In this document: positions 45,766 to 49,462 of the stretch, one piece after another | Layout: every line of letters starts with the position of its first letter | Numbering within the stretch: the stretch's first letter is position 1 | Assembly (NCBI GenBank): GCA_000934665.2 | Contig: JYFJ02002899.1 | Location: 1 to 49,462 of the forward strand | Direction: 5' to 3' | Length of the DNA: 49,462 bases | Origin: Catajapyx aquilonaris | Taxonomy: Eukaryota | Notes under the pieces: generated by a model | Seen by the model: the letters and a program-made list of their open reading frames with translations, nothing else | Told to the model about the DNA's origin: nothing | The model's database searches: none | Program-made: the position numbers and the translations under genes

Positions 45766-46565
45766 GTGCGTAATTTTGTGTCACAGTACTTTGTTTACAG
45801 CTCCATCTACTTGACAAATGTGTGACTCTATTGTGCTGGAGTAGAGGAGAATGGGAAAAAGAAAATAAGTAAAACAAATCAATAAATTACAATTAAATTA
45901 ATCTCCTTCCTTTCTCCCCTTCTCCCCTGCCCCCTCCCCCCCAAAAAAGAGAAGTTTTCATACTTTATATTGTAGAGAACAAATTTCTACCATAATGGTA
46001 CATATGTCCAAATTGGAGATAAAGATTTCAAAAAATGCTATTTCCCTGAAATCATATTTGTACTGTATTACACTTGTGGAAGAGTAGTCACTCTTTGTTA
46101 ACTGTTGAATTAATACACTGATAAGATAGTAAATAGTACTTCCCAAAAGACTGTGTCAGCTCGATCTGGCCAAAAATAGTGGCATTTAGGTGATCTAGAC
46201 CACACAACAAAGGAAAGTCACATGACATGTTTGAAAATTTAGCTAACATCTGAATCAGCAGAATTGAGAAATGATCAGGAGTGGTTGGAGGGGACATTTG
46301 GTACATGGCACAAATTCTTATGGTATCATTCAACCCAAGAGAACTAATAGGAAGCATTGGATTTCTTCTGCATAAGCTGTACTTCGGATTATCCGTACTA
46401 ATGCATGCATGCTTGTGCCCAAATAATCAGATATCATAGACAATCCTAATGCGATCCTAGATTCCATGAAAATGTGCTATTCAGAGGTTTGTTAATGAAC
46501 TGCTGTTCATAATGTATGTTGCTTTGAATAAGGTTTAATCAAAATAATAAAACTTAGATTTTTAT

Positions 46566-46708
46566 GGCCAGTTTCACCAAGCAGGTTATATTATAAATCC
46601 TAATTTCTTTTCGGAAAATCCTTACTTTTGGTTGTCAACAATGGTTTCTGTGGCAATTCTTGTTATAACCGATGTTCTAAATTTTAACCAGGTTGGTGAA
46701 ACCCGACC
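46566..46708. mobile_element. Small Harbinger-like MITE
   Basis: GGCCAGTTTCACCAAGCAGGTTA / TAACCAGGTTGGTGAAACCCGACC|TTA. Confidence 0.45.
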
Positions 46709-46733
46709 TTAGTTTGTGTTCTGGAAGAAGGTA

Positions 46734-47231
46734 AGGTACACCGGGGTAAGTGGAAATGTGGGGTAAGTGGAACCCACGGATATTGCAGAGATATGACTGC
46801 TTGGATTGTGTCCCCACCTACTGGATTTACATTGCACTATTGCTGTCACCTAGTGGTAAGAGTGGGTGCTCGCTGACTTGACAAAGCACTTCACGACCGC
46901 CCGCCAAGCAGTGTTCAGGAAATAAACAGGAGTATTTACTTTCTTTACACTTACCCCTTTCATGTTATTGTAGCTTCTTATGCAGAAACAAACTTAGGGT
47001 TCCACTTGCCCCATACCATGGGGCAAGAGGAACCTAGTGGCAACAAAATACATAATGCGCTGCGGAGTGGAAACTATTAAACCAATCTTTTCCTGACTTT
47101 GCTATATAGTGCGGAACATGTCATAGACTGCATGTGCCAAATTTGATTGGAATTATTTGTTAAACACACCAGCAGTAACAAAAACAAACTCATCTATTCA
47201 AATTCGCGGTTCCACTTACCCCGGTGTACCT
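46734..47231. mobile_element. pogo-like MITE
   Basis: TA|AGGTACACCGGGGTAAGTGGAA ... TTCCACTTACCCCGGTGTACCT|TA with repeated GGGGTAAGTGGAA motifs. Confidence 0.88.
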
Positions 47232-47405
47232 TATATTTCTTTGTTTGCAAGACATATTGACATTCTTTCAGACTTTCATTTCTAACTTTTGTTTCTGGCG
47301 ATGCACTGATAATCTGCAACACACATAATCCGCTCCCGGATAATAGGGGGTGTAGTGTATTTGATATTTGCAAATTGTTTCCACACCCGTCACTGACTGA
47401 AAATA

Positions 47406-47616
47406 CAGGGTGTTTCAACTTTTTTGTCCGAACAGATATCAGAAATATTGCACTATAAGCTGCTACTTTGTAAGCAGTGACTTGCAACCAGTTTGTCGGA
47501 GGAATGGGGAATATTCCCTGCGAATCTTAGGTTGAAGTGGCATACACTGCTTACGAAATAGCAGCTTAGTGCAATATTTCCGATAACTGTTCGGACAAAA
47601 AAGTTGAGACACCCTG
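47406..47616. mobile_element. Tc1-like palindromic MITE
   Basis: TA|CAGGGTGTTTCAACTTTTTTGTCCGAACAG ... CTGTTCGGACAAAAAAGTTGAGACACCCTG|TA; ~70-bp arms. Confidence 0.9.
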
Positions 47617-48644
47617 TATACTGCCAGACCAATTTCTTAAACTTCATTGATTGTGTGTTTAGTTGTTTTTGGAGTACAATTTACTGGCTGTGTGTTGATT
47701 ATTCCATAACATAAATAATGTTGCAATATTAGCTGGTGTGGTGCCATGAATTTGGATTTTTAGATGTTTTATCTGAATACTGCAAACATGCAACATTGTG
47801 TGTGTGTGTAAATATTTGTAGTCTAACATGCCTCTAACATTTTAGATTTGCATGCGGTATCATAGACAGAGACTTGAGTTTTAGGAATAACCCTTTTTAT
47901 TTCTTTGTAGTTAGGATAAGAGTATGTGTATATTGACTATATTCCTTTCGTGTGCCCAGGACCTAATAATCAATCACAGTTTTGTAGAACTTTAAAATGC
48001 CAACATCTGGGTTTTAGGACCAAGTTGGCTCTTTTCTATCTCTCAGACTTATTCAAACTTCTTTCGTGAGATTTAGGCTTGTGTACGACCTTTGATCATA
48101 TTGACTCTTTCTTGACTTTTTCAAGCACTCTTTAGCTTTGATCCAGTTGTTGCTTGGAATTATTGCCTTTTTCTACTTATGCATGGGATGTTTTTAAATT
48201 GAAACTTGCATCACTCAGGGGAAATGGTTACCCAAGCATTGGGAAGAAGCTTGTTACAGTTGGTTATGTAGTTGTCTGGAGGACAATTGGATGGTGTTAT
48301 ACAATAATAGGTCAACCCACAAAAATGTCAAAATTGAGTTAAGCCCAGGAACATATACCTAAAGAATCCTACTTCATTCAGTTAAAATCACGCTGGTGAA
48401 ATCTGCATACTTCTGCCACAAATGACCGGAAAGAACACTGAATTAATTTCACAGGTATGGCCTTCCAAGCCCTTTTTCTCAAAACTGTTCTCATGTGGGT
48501 TGACTCATTATGGCATAACACTGTCCAAATGTGGCATAACCAAACAAAATGGACTAAAAGTGTGTCCCAATCTCTAACCACTATAGAGAGTGAACCTGTT
48601 GTGCCCTGCTATTATTGAATGGGGAAAGTGGTATCTATGTCCAC

Positions 48645-49316
48645 TAGGGCGGCTCGAAAAACACTTTTTTTCGAAAGTTGTAGTTCGCTAGTGAAAAAAA
48701 GTTGTGTTGGGCGATCCTTTTGACAGGTAAAAAATCTGAGTCATGTGGGTTAATATCCTACGGCTCCGCCAGGGGCGTAAGTGACGCAACTTCCGGGTTT
48801 TCGTTTTTTTGGTGTGTGAGTACACTTACCCGGCCTAAACATGAAGAGTTGTGGCCCATTGGGGGTGAAATGTCGTTATTTTTGCGATATCTTCCACCGT
48901 TGACGAGATATTGACCAAAACCCCATGTTCAAAAATTACACGGTTCTGCAAAAAAACACTCTTTCGCTCTTTTGAAAACTTGTATGTGCTTTTTATGTAT
49001 TTTGGGGTGCTGAATCCGAATCCGGCAACAGATTTTCTCTATCACGTACGGGTTTAGAGATATATCGTTTTAAAACCTTTGACGGTTTACTAGGGGTCTT
49101 TCCGAATCAAGTGGGCCTAATGTTGCTAGACCGCCTCGGATCTTGGTGAAAATAATCCCAGATGTACTCATCTATTCCATAATGCTACCCATAAAAATTC
49201 AGCCATATTGCTCAATACGATGATGAGGGGAAAAATCGCAAACATCTGGAAATGGCTGAGAATTTGGCCTTTTTTGGAGGGTTTTTTTTTCGGTAAGTGC
49301 AAGTGGTCAAACCCCA
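48645..49316. mobile_element. Probable hAT-like non-autonomous element
   Basis: TAGGGCGGCTCG left end, GTGGTCAAACCCCA right end, partial flank match ATGTCCAC/ATGAACAT; CpG-rich interior. Confidence 0.45.
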
Positions 49317-49327
49317 ATGAACATATA

Positions 49328-49462
49328 CAGGGTGTTTATTGTAACTCTGCAAAGACTTTCAGGGGTAATAGAGGGGACCAATACAAGTATTTTTGACATA
49401 GGAGCCTGTGTCCGGAAACGCCATCTAGAGGGGGTTCATAGACAAGGAACGGGTGCGCTCAG
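49328..49462. mobile_element. Left end of a Tc1-like element (truncated by the window)
   Basis: TA|CAGGGTGTT terminus as in other Tc1-like elements here. Confidence 0.55.

Overview
Eukaryotic genomic DNA, most likely arthropod/insect (inferred from the repeat landscape and gene sequence), AT-rich and very dense in non-autonomous transposons. Three + strand genes are supportable. (1) The 3' part of a spliced gene for an unrecognised coiled-coil/Ser-rich protein (exons ~1-95, 124-555, 2869/2872-3151). (2) A single-coding-exon 492-aa leucine-rich-repeat protein with an N-terminal BC-box-like motif (19379-20857). (3) The 5' half of a mitochondrial carrier gene of the SLC25A42 (CoA transporter) type, with phase-consistent exons 32282-32398, 35471-35664 and 45633-45765 and a likely start exon 29800-29895; it runs off the window. 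The rest is tRNA-derived SINEs, Tc1/mariner/pogo, hAT and piggyBac-like MITEs and relics, Helitron/Helentron-type elements and long foldbacks. The most unusual signal is a ~310-350 bp element present twice (9276-9587, 25308-25657). It has perfect 8-bp target-site duplications but asymmetric CA...TG ends, and a long internal hairpin whose two arms have changed in concert between copies; a symmetric relative lies at 38793-39073. All coordinates were read by eye and no database search or folding was run.
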